From Candidatus Tantalella remota (GTDB taxonomy: Bacteria > Omnitrophota > Gorgyraeia > Tantalellales > Tantalellaceae), in assembly GCA_030765685.1 (NCBI GenBank), contig JAVCCB010000013.1, positions 4,761 to 68,760 of the forward strand: a DNA stretch of 64,000 nt, written 5' to 3'. Both the position numbers and the translations under genes were made by a program. A model generated the notes under the pieces. That model made no database searches. It was not told where the DNA came from and worked only from the letters and a program-made list of their open reading frames with translations. This document shows positions 24,322 through 34,196 of this stretch, one piece after another. Numbering within the stretch: position 1 is the stretch's first letter; each line of letters begins with the position of its first letter.

Positions 24322-24623
24322 CGCGACACGATGTTGTCGCTTGTTTATGATAAGATGGAAAATAGAAGTGTGTTGATAGTTCGTAGTTTATAGTTTGTTG
24401 ATCCAGACAATGAACTATAAACAAAAAATAATGAACACGTTATTCAGATCCAACCTGGCAGAAACTAACCTGGTTAAGGCTTTATGAAAGAGTTAGGGTT
24501 AGTTCCTGGTATGCGCCCGGTAACCGTGTAGAAACTAACCAGGTTATAAATGCGGGGGTAGTGAATTTCACAATAGCCTGAATTCTTGCGCTATTGACCA
24601 GCAAAGGGTTATAATACCTATCA

Positions 24624-27600
24624 ATGAAAAAAATTAAAAGCATACAAAGTATCAATCCTATATTATTCCAACTGAAGAATATATGCGCGAAATATCCCCG
24701 CGATGAGAAGATTTTGATAACACCTGATTACCGCGTAGCCCAGCAGGTCCTACAGGCGCTTGCCAGAAGCGGAACACCCTGGATGAATTTTCAACTCGCC
24801 GCGGCTTCTGCTCTGGCGCATGACGCGGCAGAAGAAGCGATAATCTCAGGCAACCTGCAACAAATATCCGGTCCGGGAATACTTACCGTAATTGATGATA
24901 TTTTCAACGATCTGGCAGATAAGGGAAAACTTAAATATTTCGAAAAACACCAGACCAATATAGGGATAATACATGCTCTTACCAGCGTTGTTATGGAACT
25001 CCGAACAAAGGGAATACATCCAATAAATATAAAGGGTAAAGACCTGACAAATAAGGATAAAGCATATGATGTAAAGCTTATTTTGTCGGAGTATGAGCGT
25101 GTACTGAAGGCGAAGGGGCTTATAGACAAGGCGGAGCTTACCGCTCTGGCCATAGGTGCACTTGAAAAATCTCCGCCCGCGCGAGGGAAGAAGTATGTTA
25201 TTTTCTCCCGCTACTACATGAGCGGTCTTGAGCGGGACTTTATAGAAAAACTAACAGGCAAAGATCTTTTGATCATAGATGACGGGCCCGTGTTCGGTCT
25301 GCCGGCACCTAAGGGATTTTGGGAGACCGGAACGTCCGCTAAAAAGATAAATAGTTCATCCGATATCGAACGGTTGAGCTGGGCATATGCCTGTGGTGAA
25401 GCTCCAAAGATAAGGAAAGACGGTACTCTTGATCTTTTTTCTGCCATAGGTTTTCGTAATGAGATACGGGAAATATTCAGGCGGGTAGCCCAAGATGACA
25501 CCCCTGTGGATAAAGTAGAGATAGTGTATACCGATCCGGCGACATATATAAGGGAGATCTTTTCTTTCTGCGAAAAACTAGGGATACCGGCTACTTTTGC
25601 CGAAGGTATTCCCGGCAACACAAGAAGTCCCTTCAGGGCAATATCAGGTTTTCTTCTTTGGATCAAACACGATTTCGCGGAATGTTATCTGCGCAGGATA
25701 TTTGAGTCTGAGGACATGGATCTTTCGTCTTTGGGTGGAAAAAATATCCCGGACAGTCCGACTCTGGGACACATGTTGAGGATATCCGGTGTTGGCTGGG
25801 GAAGGGAAAGATATTCCTACATACTGGCAAAAAAACAACAGGAGTACGCGAAGAGAGCCAAAAAACCTTCTTATGATGACAAGGCCGAACTGGCAGACGC
25901 TAACGCGAAAAAAGCTGACAATTTTGATCTGTTAAAAACCCTTTGCGCGGATATCATAGAAATGGTCCCAAAAATAGATTCTTCCGGCAAAATAGATCTT
26001 TTGGGTCTCACTAGAGGGTGTATACGATTTCTTAATAACTATGCTCAGGGCTCTCTGGGGTTGGATGCGTCTTTTATAAAAGACGCCGTAGTTCGTCTCG
26101 AAATGATAGGACGATTCGCCTCGGGGTCGATGGATGTAGAAGAGGCCACTGAAAAACTTCTGGGTACTATTGCGACTATAAAGGTCGGAGCTTCCGGCCC
26201 CCGCCCTGGAAGCGTACATGTCTCTTACTACAAACAGGGCGGCCGGTCCGGCCGGCAGCACACATTTGTCACCGGACTTGATGAAAGTCGTTTTCCAGGG
26301 AGAGGGCTGCAGGACCCGGTTCTTCTTGACTCTGAAAGAGTCGTTATCAGCGGCGATATGGAGGTGTCCGCGGATAAAGTGAGAAAAAACGTTTACGACA
26401 TGGCAAGCATGTTATCCGGTCTCAGGGGCGCTGTCACAGCAAGCTTTTCATGTTTCAACGTAAGTGAAGAGCGTAACGTATTTCCATCATCTGTCATGCT
26501 TCAGCTTTATCGGATCAAGGAGGGAAACCCCGCTTCCGATTATGAGGACCTGCTTAAGTCACTTGAACCTGCCGCCGCTACCGTATCGCCTGATGAAGGA
26601 TCCATTCCTCTGGATGTTACTGAATGGTGGGTAGACAGGCTTTCTGATAATGGCGTTTTAAGTGACGGAACTGAAAGCATCTGTGGTATCTATCCGGGGG
26701 TAAAACACGGTCTTGCGGCGGAGAGGGCCAGGGACAGTGAAGAATTTACCGAATATGACGGAAAGGTCTCACCTCAGGGGGAAGAACTCGATCCGCGTGA
26801 CGATAAAGAAAAGGTTCTTTCCTGCTCAAGGCTCGAAGCCGCGGCGACATGTCCGTACAAGTATTTTCTCGCCAACGTGCTCGGGGTGGCTAAGCCCGAA
26901 GAAACGGTCAAGGACCCCGCTTTATGGCTGAATGCGAAGGAGAAGGGAAGCCTTCTCCATGAGGTATTCGAAAATTTTACTAAAGAAATACGTACTGCCA
27001 AGGGGGTGCCGACTCTCTCACAGCAGAGAAAGGTACTTGGAAAAATACTAAAAAATGTCATAGAAAAATATAAAAAGATGGTGCCTCCTCCGAGCGATGT
27101 TGTTTTTGAGGGTGAGTGTGTACAGCTTGAGAGGGATACCGATATATTCCTCAGGCTTAATGAACAGCTTAAGACAAAAGCAGTCCATGAAGAACTTGCC
27201 TTCGGCACAGGGGACGCGGACCCGGTAAAAGTATCACTTGGTAACGGGAAAAACATCTATCTTAGAGGGTTTATTGACCGGGTAGACCGCGCAGGCAAAC
27301 ATGAATATCATGTGTGGGATTACAAGACCGGCAGTGCGGGGAAGTATGAACGACGGCAGTATGTAGATAAAGGCAAACAGCTGCAGCATGCTCTTTACGC
27401 GGACGCCGCCGAGACCATGCTGATCAGAAGTGGCGAGGACCCGTTGCCAAAAGTAACGCGTTCTGGATATCTTCTGCCTTCGGAAAAAGGGGCGGGAGAT
27501 GGAAAGGGCGGTGTGTTCAGCCACGACCCGTCAAAAAAGAAAGAGTGGCAGGGCGCTCTTAACACGCTACTTGAAATATTGTCTTCCGGAGGATTTCTTA

Positions 27601-27740
27601 TGCCCGCTAAAGTCAACTGTTCATTTTGCGATTATGCGGTTATTTGCGGTGATAAAAAGACCCATGAAAGATCGAAGACAAAGGAAAAAAGCGATAATAT
27701 CTGCATAAAGCTATGGGGGGAGCTTCAAAATTATGCCTAA
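24624..27740 (+). CDS. addB: AddB/RexB-like PD-(D/E)XK nuclease subunit with a C-terminal Fe-S cysteine cluster
   Basis: C-terminal RecB-family nuclease motifs: ...CSRLEAAATCPYKYFLANVLG...GFIDRVDRAGKHEYHVWDYKTGS...CSFCDYAVICG. That is four Cys, as in the AddB Fe-S domain. No convincing Walker A. It overlaps the addA start by 8 bp. Confidence 0.7.
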   Translation: MKKIKSIQSINPILFQLKNICAKYPRDEKILITPDYRVAQQVLQALARSGTPWMNFQLAAASALAHDAAEEAIISGNLQQISGPGILTVIDDIFNDLADKGKLKYFEKHQTNIGIIHALTSVVMELRTKGIHPINIKGKDLTNKDKAYDVKLILSEYERVLKAKGLIDKAELTALAIGALEKSPPARGKKYVIFSRYYMSGLERDFIEKLTGKDLLIIDDGPVFGLPAPKGFWETGTSAKKINSSSDIERLSWAYACGEAPKIRKDGTLDLFSAIGFRNEIREIFRRVAQDDTPVDKVEIVYTDPATYIREIFSFCEKLGIPATFAEGIPGNTRSPFRAISGFLLWIKHDFAECYLRRIFESEDMDLSSLGGKNIPDSPTLGHMLRISGVGWGRERYSYILAKKQQEYAKRAKKPSYDDKAELADANAKKADNFDLLKTLCADIIEMVPKIDSSGKIDLLGLTRGCIRFLNNYAQGSLGLDASFIKDAVVRLEMIGRFASGSMDVEEATEKLLGTIATIKVGASGPRPGSVHVSYYKQGGRSGRQHTFVTGLDESRFPGRGLQDPVLLDSERVVISGDMEVSADKVRKNVYDMASMLSGLRGAVTASFSCFNVSEERNVFPSSVMLQLYRIKEGNPASDYEDLLKSLEPAAATVSPDEGSIPLDVTEWWVDRLSDNGVLSDGTESICGIYPGVKHGLAAERARDSEEFTEYDGKVSPQGEELDPRDDKEKVLSCSRLEAAATCPYKYFLANVLGVAKPEETVKDPALWLNAKEKGSLLHEVFENFTKEIRTAKGVPTLSQQRKVLGKILKNVIEKYKKMVPPPSDVVFEGECVQLERDTDIFLRLNEQLKTKAVHEELAFGTGDADPVKVSLGNGKNIYLRGFIDRVDRAGKHEYHVWDYKTGSAGKYERRQYVDKGKQLQHALYADAAETMLIRSGEDPLPKVTRSGYLLPSEKGAGDGKGGVFSHDPSKKKEWQGALNTLLEILSSGGFLMPAKVNCSFCDYAVICGDKKTHERSKTKEKSDNICIKLWGELQNYA

Positions 27741-30700
27741 AGTGAAGCCGCCGGACCAGAAAAACAGGGAAAGAATAGCAAAAAAGCTTAATAAAAGCTT
27801 TTTTGTCGAAGCCGGTGCCGGATCTGGAAAAACGCGCAGTCTTATCGATCGCATGGCGGGCCTTATTTCTGAAGGAGAAGCGAAGGTAGATAACATCGCG
27901 GCCGTTACTTTTACACGCAAGGCCGCCGCGGAACTGCGCGAAAGGTTCCAGATACGTCTTGAAAACATTTTCTCAGGAACAGATGTTTCTTCCATGGGAA
28001 AAGATAGGGTGAACGAAGCGCTTGCTCACCTTGACAGGGCATTTATCGGTACGATCCATGCTTTCTGCGCGAAACTCCTCCGAGAAAGATCGGTCGAAGC
28101 GAGTATTGACCCCGGATTCCAGGAAATACAGGAACAGGATAACATCGTTTACGCGCTCCGGGTGTGGAACGAATATTTGGAAAACGAGAGTATAAAGGGT
28201 AATAAAATGATATCCTGGATGAGGGAGAACGGGGTAGACACGCAAGAGCTTCATAGCGTTTTTCTCAAGAGGTCCGAGTATACCGATGTCATTCCGGTAG
28301 TTGACGATGTTTCTAAACCCGATCTAAAAAAGGATAAGGAAACCATAAAGAGATTCCTTACTTCCCTCAGAAAACACATGCCTACAGATGAACCGGCGGT
28401 CGGATGGGATGAGACACAGTCCGTTGTGGTCAGGTCCCTGCGGCTTATAGATATTGGGTACTTGAAGGAGGACCGTAAATTTATCCACCTACTGCGGTTT
28501 CTTTTAAAAAAACACGGGTTCACACAACGCAAGTGGAAAGACTACACAACAAGAGACCCGAAAGACATTAAGGCTGATTTTATAGAGTTCCAGGAAACTG
28601 CAGTCGCTGGCGCACTGAGAAAATGGGGAGAATATCTCCATAAACCGCTGATGGAATTCGTAGAGGGCGGTGTTGGTGAGTACAAAAAGTGGCGCGAAGA
28701 ACGGTCTCTACTGAATTTTCAGGACCTCCTTACTCTTACAGCAGGTCTTCTACGCAAGAGCCGTGAAGCCCGAAAATATTTTAAAGCAAATATCACGCAT
28801 CTTCTTGTAGATGAGTTTCAGGATACCGATCCGATACAGGCTGAGATCATACTCCTTCTTACAGGAAAGAGCGACACCGAGGATGATTGGCGTAAGGTCA
28901 GCCCCCGGCCGGGGTCACTTTTTGTGGTAGGAGACCCGAAACAGAGTATTTACAGGTTTAGGAGAGCCGATATAGATATCTACAACCTTGTGAAGAATAT
29001 CTTCAAAAAGAACGGTGACGGTATCCTTGAGCTTACGGCAAACTTTCGGTCGCTGCAGCAGATAGGAGACATCACGGATTCCTCATTTAAGAGTATCTTC
29101 CCCGAAGAGGACAGCAAGCACCAGGCAAAATTCGCGCCTCTTAACACCGCAAGAGACGTGGATAAAAAATTCGACAGCGGTATCTACAAAAACCCTATAC
29201 ATAAGATAACACGCAACAAGATAGATCTTATTGCCGTACAGGACGCGCACGACATCGCTCAATGGATCAATGCGGCTCTTCAAGGGGATATAAAATTACA
29301 GCGCACAGAAGATGAGCTCAGGGCAGGGCTTACCCCCAGGCCTGTTCCCGAAGATTTTATGATAATAACAAAAACAAAAAAACGCCTGCCGTGTTATGCC
29401 GCGGCTCTGGAGAAACTTGGCATCCCATATGAGGTCACCGGCGGCGAGAGTTTCAACGTATCCGAAGAGCTTAAAGAAATACACAAGCTCCTGAAATGTG
29501 TTAGTGAACCCTGTGATCCGGTGATCCTTATCGCTGTATTGCGCGGGCCGCTTTTTGGGGTAAGTGACGACGAACTATATAAGTTCATGCTCTCCGGCGG
29601 GGAGTTCTCTTACATCAAGGACCTGCCTGACGGATGTAAGGCAATTTGTAACGCATACAAGCTTCTCAGAGAGATGCGCGTTATTTCCCTGTCTGGATCA
29701 GCGTTTATCGCTGTGGAAAAAATAGTCGAGTTGGTAGGGATAGTACCACTGGCGGCGTCCAAAGAGATGGGATCCACTAAAGCGGGGAATATACTCAAAG
29801 CTCTCGAACTCTTGCGGGAGCCGCAGCCGGGACAGGCTGGGAGCTTTGCGGATCTTGCCGATACTCTTGGAACGTTCCTTGAAACAAAAGGCAAAGAAGA
29901 AATGAGCCTGTTTCCCGGCGCTACTAATGCCGTAAGGATAATGAACCTTCATAAGGCAAAAGGGCTTGAAGCACCCGTTGTTTTTCTGGCGGATCCTACG
30001 GGAGAACCCAATGAGCATGATCCGGTGATCCATATAAGCCGTACGGGCAGGGATTCCAAGGGGTATTTCGCTATCGCGTGTCCAAAAAGTCCCTTTTCTT
30101 CAGTGTTGAGATCGTTCGCGATCCCCCTGGAATGGAAAAAACAGGTAGAGGAAGAAAAAAAATATGAAAGAGCCGAAAGAAAACGCCTTGAATATGTGGC
30201 AGTTACCCGCGCCAGGAACATCCTTTGCATAAGTGAGTATTTCCCGGATAAAACAAGAGCCTCTCAAGCCTGGGACTGTGTCAACGGTTTTGCCGAAAGC
30301 GTTACGAATATTACCAGTGACCCGGTTCCCTCGAAGAAAAAAAACACTTTTGCTATAAAGAAAAATGACTGGGAAAAGGAAAATCTTAAGATCAAAGAGA
30401 TGGTCGACCGTATTAACGAAAGTTCCTATGTGCTCACTAGTGTTACCCGTCAGGCAAAAGGTAACGCGACTTTTGAAGGGGGGGGCGGCGGAAGCGGCAG
30501 AGGCTGGGGCAATGTGGTCCATAAAGCTCTCGAAGCCTGCGGTCGCGGTAAACGCGACAAGCTGGAACTCCTCGCCGTGAACTGGATGGAAGAGGAAGAC
30601 ATCCGGGAAAAGGATATATTCCGGCTCCTGCGTCTTGTGGACAGTATAATGGAAAGTGATCTCTGGAAACGTCTTCTTGATTCAAAAGAAAAATACTTTG

Positions 30701-30927
30701 AAATGCCGTTCTCTCTCGCGGAAGGTGACACGGTACTCGCGGGTGCGATCGACCTCGTATTTAAAGAAGACGGGGGGTGGGTCATAGTAGATTACAAGAC
30801 AGACAATTATGAAAAAGACCCCGGTCGCAAAAAAGCCTATGAAAAACAGCTCGCCATCTATGCCGAACATTGGGAAAACATAACCGGCGAACCTGTCAAA
30901 GATAAATTACTCCGCCACGTAACCTGA
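27733..30927 (+). CDS. addA: AddA/UvrD-like ATP-dependent helicase-nuclease subunit A
   Basis: Walker A EAGAGSGKTRSL. DEAD-like box VDEFQDTDPIQ. Helicase motif VI region VAVTRARNIL. C-terminal PD-(D/E)XK nuclease motif GAIDLVFKEDGGWVIVDYKTD. Confidence 0.85.
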   Translation: MPKVKPPDQKNRERIAKKLNKSFFVEAGAGSGKTRSLIDRMAGLISEGEAKVDNIAAVTFTRKAAAELRERFQIRLENIFSGTDVSSMGKDRVNEALAHLDRAFIGTIHAFCAKLLRERSVEASIDPGFQEIQEQDNIVYALRVWNEYLENESIKGNKMISWMRENGVDTQELHSVFLKRSEYTDVIPVVDDVSKPDLKKDKETIKRFLTSLRKHMPTDEPAVGWDETQSVVVRSLRLIDIGYLKEDRKFIHLLRFLLKKHGFTQRKWKDYTTRDPKDIKADFIEFQETAVAGALRKWGEYLHKPLMEFVEGGVGEYKKWREERSLLNFQDLLTLTAGLLRKSREARKYFKANITHLLVDEFQDTDPIQAEIILLLTGKSDTEDDWRKVSPRPGSLFVVGDPKQSIYRFRRADIDIYNLVKNIFKKNGDGILELTANFRSLQQIGDITDSSFKSIFPEEDSKHQAKFAPLNTARDVDKKFDSGIYKNPIHKITRNKIDLIAVQDAHDIAQWINAALQGDIKLQRTEDELRAGLTPRPVPEDFMIITKTKKRLPCYAAALEKLGIPYEVTGGESFNVSEELKEIHKLLKCVSEPCDPVILIAVLRGPLFGVSDDELYKFMLSGGEFSYIKDLPDGCKAICNAYKLLREMRVISLSGSAFIAVEKIVELVGIVPLAASKEMGSTKAGNILKALELLREPQPGQAGSFADLADTLGTFLETKGKEEMSLFPGATNAVRIMNLHKAKGLEAPVVFLADPTGEPNEHDPVIHISRTGRDSKGYFAIACPKSPFSSVLRSFAIPLEWKKQVEEEKKYERAERKRLEYVAVTRARNILCISEYFPDKTRASQAWDCVNGFAESVTNITSDPVPSKKKNTFAIKKNDWEKENLKIKEMVDRINESSYVLTSVTRQAKGNATFEGGGGGSGRGWGNVVHKALEACGRGKRDKLELLAVNWMEEEDIREKDIFRLLRLVDSIMESDLWKRLLDSKEKYFEMPFSLAEGDTVLAGAIDLVFKEDGGWVIVDYKTDNYEKDPGRKKAYEKQLAIYAEHWENITGEPVKDKLLRHVT

Positions 30928-30949
30928 CCACGTTGAAAATAAAAAATCA

Positions 30950-31039
30950 AAATCGTCATCCCCGCATGCGACCGAGGGGCAAAGGCCCCGAGGAAGTGTC
31001 GAATGCCAGAGGGCTTCGACCTCTTAGCGGGGATCCAAT
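30950..31039. repeat. ~90 bp intergenic repeat, copy B, in direct orientation with 23221..23310. Together they bracket DUF1848-addB-addA.
   Basis: aatcgtcatccccgcatgcgaccgaggggcaaaggccccgaggaagtgtcgaatgccagagggcttcgacctcttagcggggatccaat. Confidence 0.6.
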
Positions 31040-31630
31040 GATAATATGACTTTTATGTGATCCCGGATATTCGCCTTCCTCCTTCCTCCTTCGCCAAGCT
31101 GTTCAGGTTTTATCTGGCTACGGCGGACTTTGTCGCTAAAGCTATAGCGGACAGGGCGACGAATTCCGAGATGACGTTCGTTCTGTCCCAATATCCCGAT
31201 AACCCAGTCCCTGATGTCCAGATAACCTGGTTTCCTGGTTTAGTCAGTTGTTTTGGGTGTAGCAGCTGGTATGGTCTGTAGTTAAAGGGGCTGGTCTAGA
31301 CCAAAAAAACAAACTGGAGCTCATACCAGTTTTCAAAACTAACCCAATAACTGCACTGTTTTCGTTAATTGTTGATCGGTTGCGTCTTTGGAATCGTCAA
31401 AGGGGTTGCGGTGGCGGAAACCGCCACCCTTTAACGCCAGACGATTCGATAGCCGTAACCCTACAACGTAATCCGAGTTCGTCCCTGATATCCCGATATC
31501 CTAGTCCCTGATTCCCAGATCTCCGGATGTCCTGTTCCTACGAGCATCTCTTGTCCGCCGTAGCCTTGGCGAAGGAGGAAGAATTCAGCATCTAGAATCT
31601 AGATCTGACCACAGACGACAGATCACTTGT

Positions 31631-31740
31631 CAGGTTAAGATTGAGATTAAGAGCGTTTGGAACTTGCCCGATACTGGTACCGAGTATCGAGTACCGGGTA
31701 TCGGGTTTCTCTGTACCCGGTACTATTCTCGATTCTCTGA
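31631..31740. repeat. Intergenic mosaic repeat (GGTTAAGATTGAG + GCGTTTGGAACTTGCCCGATACTGGTACC...). An inverted copy lies at 57481..57556.
   Basis: The reverse complement of 57481..57556 (caggttaagattgagagcgtttggaacttgcccgatactggtacccaggacccggtactattcccgattccctga) aligns with caggttaagattgagattaagagcgtttggaacttgcccgatactggtaccgagtatcgagtaccgggtatcggg...ccggtactattctcgattctctga. Confidence 0.55.
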
Positions 31741-31862
31741 TCCGTTCCCAGTTCACTGTTTACAGTTCACTGTTTCCCACTTCTTATTGACATTTTCCCC
31801 GTCATGTATAAGAATAACCATAATAGTATAAATATGCATCCCTACAAAAGACGAGGTGCCCA

Positions 31863-32594
31863 ATGAAAAAGACCGTTCTGATCGTTTTAACTCTCGCATC
31901 AACAAGCCTCCTATTAACAGGCTGTCAACAAATAACCAACTACAGCAGTATTGAGAACAGTGTACCCACGCTTAGCGCGCAGGGCACTGGCAAAATAGAG
32001 ACCACTCCTGATGAGGCAATAGCTCAGTTTGGCGTAACAAGTGATAGCAAAAGCCTTTCTAAAGCATACAAAGACAATACCGAAAAGATGAACGCTGTTA
32101 TCTCCGCGGTCAAGACTATGGGTGTAGAGGCAAGAGATATCCAGACCTCTTCATATCAGGTGATGCCGCTTTATCCTAGAGATGAGAACGGCCGGCAGAT
32201 ACCCGGGAAACCGTCAGGGTTCAAGGTTCGCCAGCAGCTTACCGTGAAAATACGTGATATCGGGAAAACCGGTGATGTTATCGACAAGGTCATTGCCAGC
32301 GGTTCGAATACGTTTAATAACCTGAGTTTCGATTCAAGTAAGATAGAAGACCTTAAAAAAGAGGCTAAATCCAAAGCGGCGAAAGACGCGAGGGAGCAGG
32401 CTGAGTTCCTGGCAAAAAACATTGGCGTGAAGATCGGCAAAGTGCTTAAGGTAAATGCTTCTTCCATTCAACCGTATTATGCCAGGAATGTTATGGCTTT
32501 TGAGTCGGCAAAGGCAAGGTCTCCTCAGATAGAAGCCGGGTCGATGGAAGTGTCAGCTAATTGTAACGTTGTTTTTGAAATAATACAGGATTAA
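31863..32594 (+). CDS. Lipoprotein, SIMPL (DUF541)-like periplasmic protein
   Basis: Lipobox LLTGCQQ. The size (243 aa) and overall pattern fit SIMPL/26-kDa periplasmic immunogenic protein family members. The assignment is from memory and tentative. Confidence 0.45.
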   Translation: MKKTVLIVLTLASTSLLLTGCQQITNYSSIENSVPTLSAQGTGKIETTPDEAIAQFGVTSDSKSLSKAYKDNTEKMNAVISAVKTMGVEARDIQTSSYQVMPLYPRDENGRQIPGKPSGFKVRQQLTVKIRDIGKTGDVIDKVIASGSNTFNNLSFDSSKIEDLKKEAKSKAAKDAREQAEFLAKNIGVKIGKVLKVNASSIQPYYARNVMAFESAKARSPQIEAGSMEVSANCNVVFEIIQD

Positions 32595-32616
32595 CGTTAA
32601 GATACGGGAGGTTCTA

Positions 32617-33570
32617 ATGCGTATTTGTCCGCAATGCGGTGAAATGTCCGATAAATGGAGGCTCTGTGGAAAATGTGGTATACGGCTTGAAGATTACAGG
32701 CCTGATCGCAAGAGCGGAAAAGCGTCGCCGCCGAAAACAGAGGTGAAACCAGCGCCGGCGCCCGAACCGATGGATGACAGGCTGTCCTTGGTAGACAAGC
32801 CTCATCTTGCAAAAATATCGGCAGAGGATCCCCCTGTGCAAGAAGAACCATTTTCCGAACAACCTGCTCCCGAGGCTCCACTCGCTCCTCCGGCACCAGA
32901 GATGCCGAAGGAAAAACCATATATAAAGGAAAGAACTTTTCACCAGCCCCCGACGGGTACCCCGTTTGCAGGGGAAAGAAGTTTTGCGAGTTCCCCGGCA
33001 CCGGGCGAGAAGGAGACGTCCATCCGGGGAAGTTCCGAGGGAACGATAAAAGTGCACATGCAGCTCAGCCTGGGAACACTTATCAAGACCATAGCGGTTG
33101 TCCTGATGGCTATAGGCGCATTTTTTATTTTACTTTCCCTGGCTATGCTGATCCAGCAGAAAATATACCAGGTAAGTGGGACACATCACCTGGGAGCATT
33201 CTTTAAAAATCACCACGGACTTGCCGGCATAAATGATATGCTCGCTCTTTTGATGCGAGGGCACTTATCGGCAGCCGTCTGGTGGGGCATAGTCCTTGCC
33301 GGAGGCGGATATATGCTTTTTGGCCTTAAACAAGCCGCACGGTGGCTCTTTATAATGTGTTCTGTTCTAAGGCTGGTACATCTGGCCGCGTATTTCTATC
33401 TGCCTGTGTTTTTCAGTACAGTCTTATATGGCTACGCGAAGCATCCCTATTTTGACGCCGGTGCCAAGATCTCGGCGATAGTGTTCACGTTCATCTACTC
33501 GGGGTTTATTTATTTGTTGACCCGACCCGCGATAGTCGCGCAGTTTGAGGGGGCTAATGATACTGATTAA
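32617..33570 (+). CDS. Zinc-ribbon membrane protein: N-terminal CxxC..CxxC, Pro-rich linker, C-terminal multi-TM domain
   Basis: MRICPQCGEMSDKWRLCGKCG. Pro/Ala/Glu-rich linker (PAPEPM...PAPEAPLAPPAPEMP). Four hydrophobic helices at the C-terminus. Confidence 0.6.
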   Translation: MRICPQCGEMSDKWRLCGKCGIRLEDYRPDRKSGKASPPKTEVKPAPAPEPMDDRLSLVDKPHLAKISAEDPPVQEEPFSEQPAPEAPLAPPAPEMPKEKPYIKERTFHQPPTGTPFAGERSFASSPAPGEKETSIRGSSEGTIKVHMQLSLGTLIKTIAVVLMAIGAFFILLSLAMLIQQKIYQVSGTHHLGAFFKNHHGLAGINDMLALLMRGHLSAAVWWGIVLAGGGYMLFGLKQAARWLFIMCSVLRLVHLAAYFYLPVFFSTVLYGYAKHPYFDAGAKISAIVFTFIYSGFIYLLTRPAIVAQFEGANDTD

Positions 33571-33582
33571 TGTGGGGGCGAA

Positions 33583-34185
33583 ATGTCTGAGATGATAAAA
33601 ATAGAAAAAATGGTTCTGGACCCGGTCTTGCCATTGTCTGTAATAGGCAGCAAAACGGACGGGCAGGTCAATTTTATGGCGGCATCCTGGTTTACCCGGC
33701 TGGAAGTCGATCCATACCTTTTCGGCGTATCCGTACAGCAAAAACATTTCACCTACAAGGCCATAATGAACACCCGGGCGTTCTCCATCAATATTCCCGC
33801 GGATACAATGGTACAGCAGGCGGACGCCGTAGGACAGTTGTCAGGGAACGACTACGACAAGAGCGAGACTTTTGAAGCGTTCTATGGCGACAATGAGAAC
33901 GCGCCTATGGCAAAAGGTAGTGTGGTCTCGATGGAATGTGAACTGGTCAATATAGTAGATATCACTAAACGTGACGCAGAGCATCCCAACGCGCACACTT
34001 TGTTTATAGGGGAAGTTAAGAACGTATGGGCAAATGAAGAAGCCCTCGATGAAAACGGATTAAACACCGGGAAGATCTCACCGGTCCTGTGGACCTGGTC
34101 TCCGATGAACTACTGGACACTAGGAGAGAAGACAGGACGAGCATGGGATCCGGAAAACCAGAAACTTATCAAAAAAAAGAAATAG
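33583..34185 (+). CDS. Flavin reductase-like FMN-binding split-barrel protein
   Basis: PVLPLSVIGSKTDGQVNFMAASWFTRLEVDPYLFGVSV matches the flavin reductase domain pattern (..NxMTASWxxxxSxDPPLxxVsV). Confidence 0.7.
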   Translation: MSEMIKIEKMVLDPVLPLSVIGSKTDGQVNFMAASWFTRLEVDPYLFGVSVQQKHFTYKAIMNTRAFSINIPADTMVQQADAVGQLSGNDYDKSETFEAFYGDNENAPMAKGSVVSMECELVNIVDITKRDAEHPNAHTLFIGEVKNVWANEEALDENGLNTGKISPVLWTWSPMNYWTLGEKTGRAWDPENQKLIKKKK

Positions 34186-34196
34186 CAGGAGGGGAA

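Noticed and set aside
24384-24424. GTTTATAGTT...AACTATAAAC hairpin after the DUF1848 gene as an intrinsic terminator
   Set aside because: The stem is AT-rich and is followed by an A-run rather than a T-run on the + strand. It could be a protein-binding palindrome instead, so I am not confident enough to annotate it.
31057-31281. 74-aa track ORF in the 935-bp intergenic region
   Set aside because: It is composed of repeat modules (GTCCGCCGTAGC, ATCCCGATA...). There is no RBS, and the composition is unlike neighbouring genes.
34089-34196. Upstream start (34089) of the ferritin-like ORF
   Set aside because: It overlaps the last 97 nt of the flavin-reductase gene in another frame. A strong AGGAGG RBS precedes the internal ATG at 34197.
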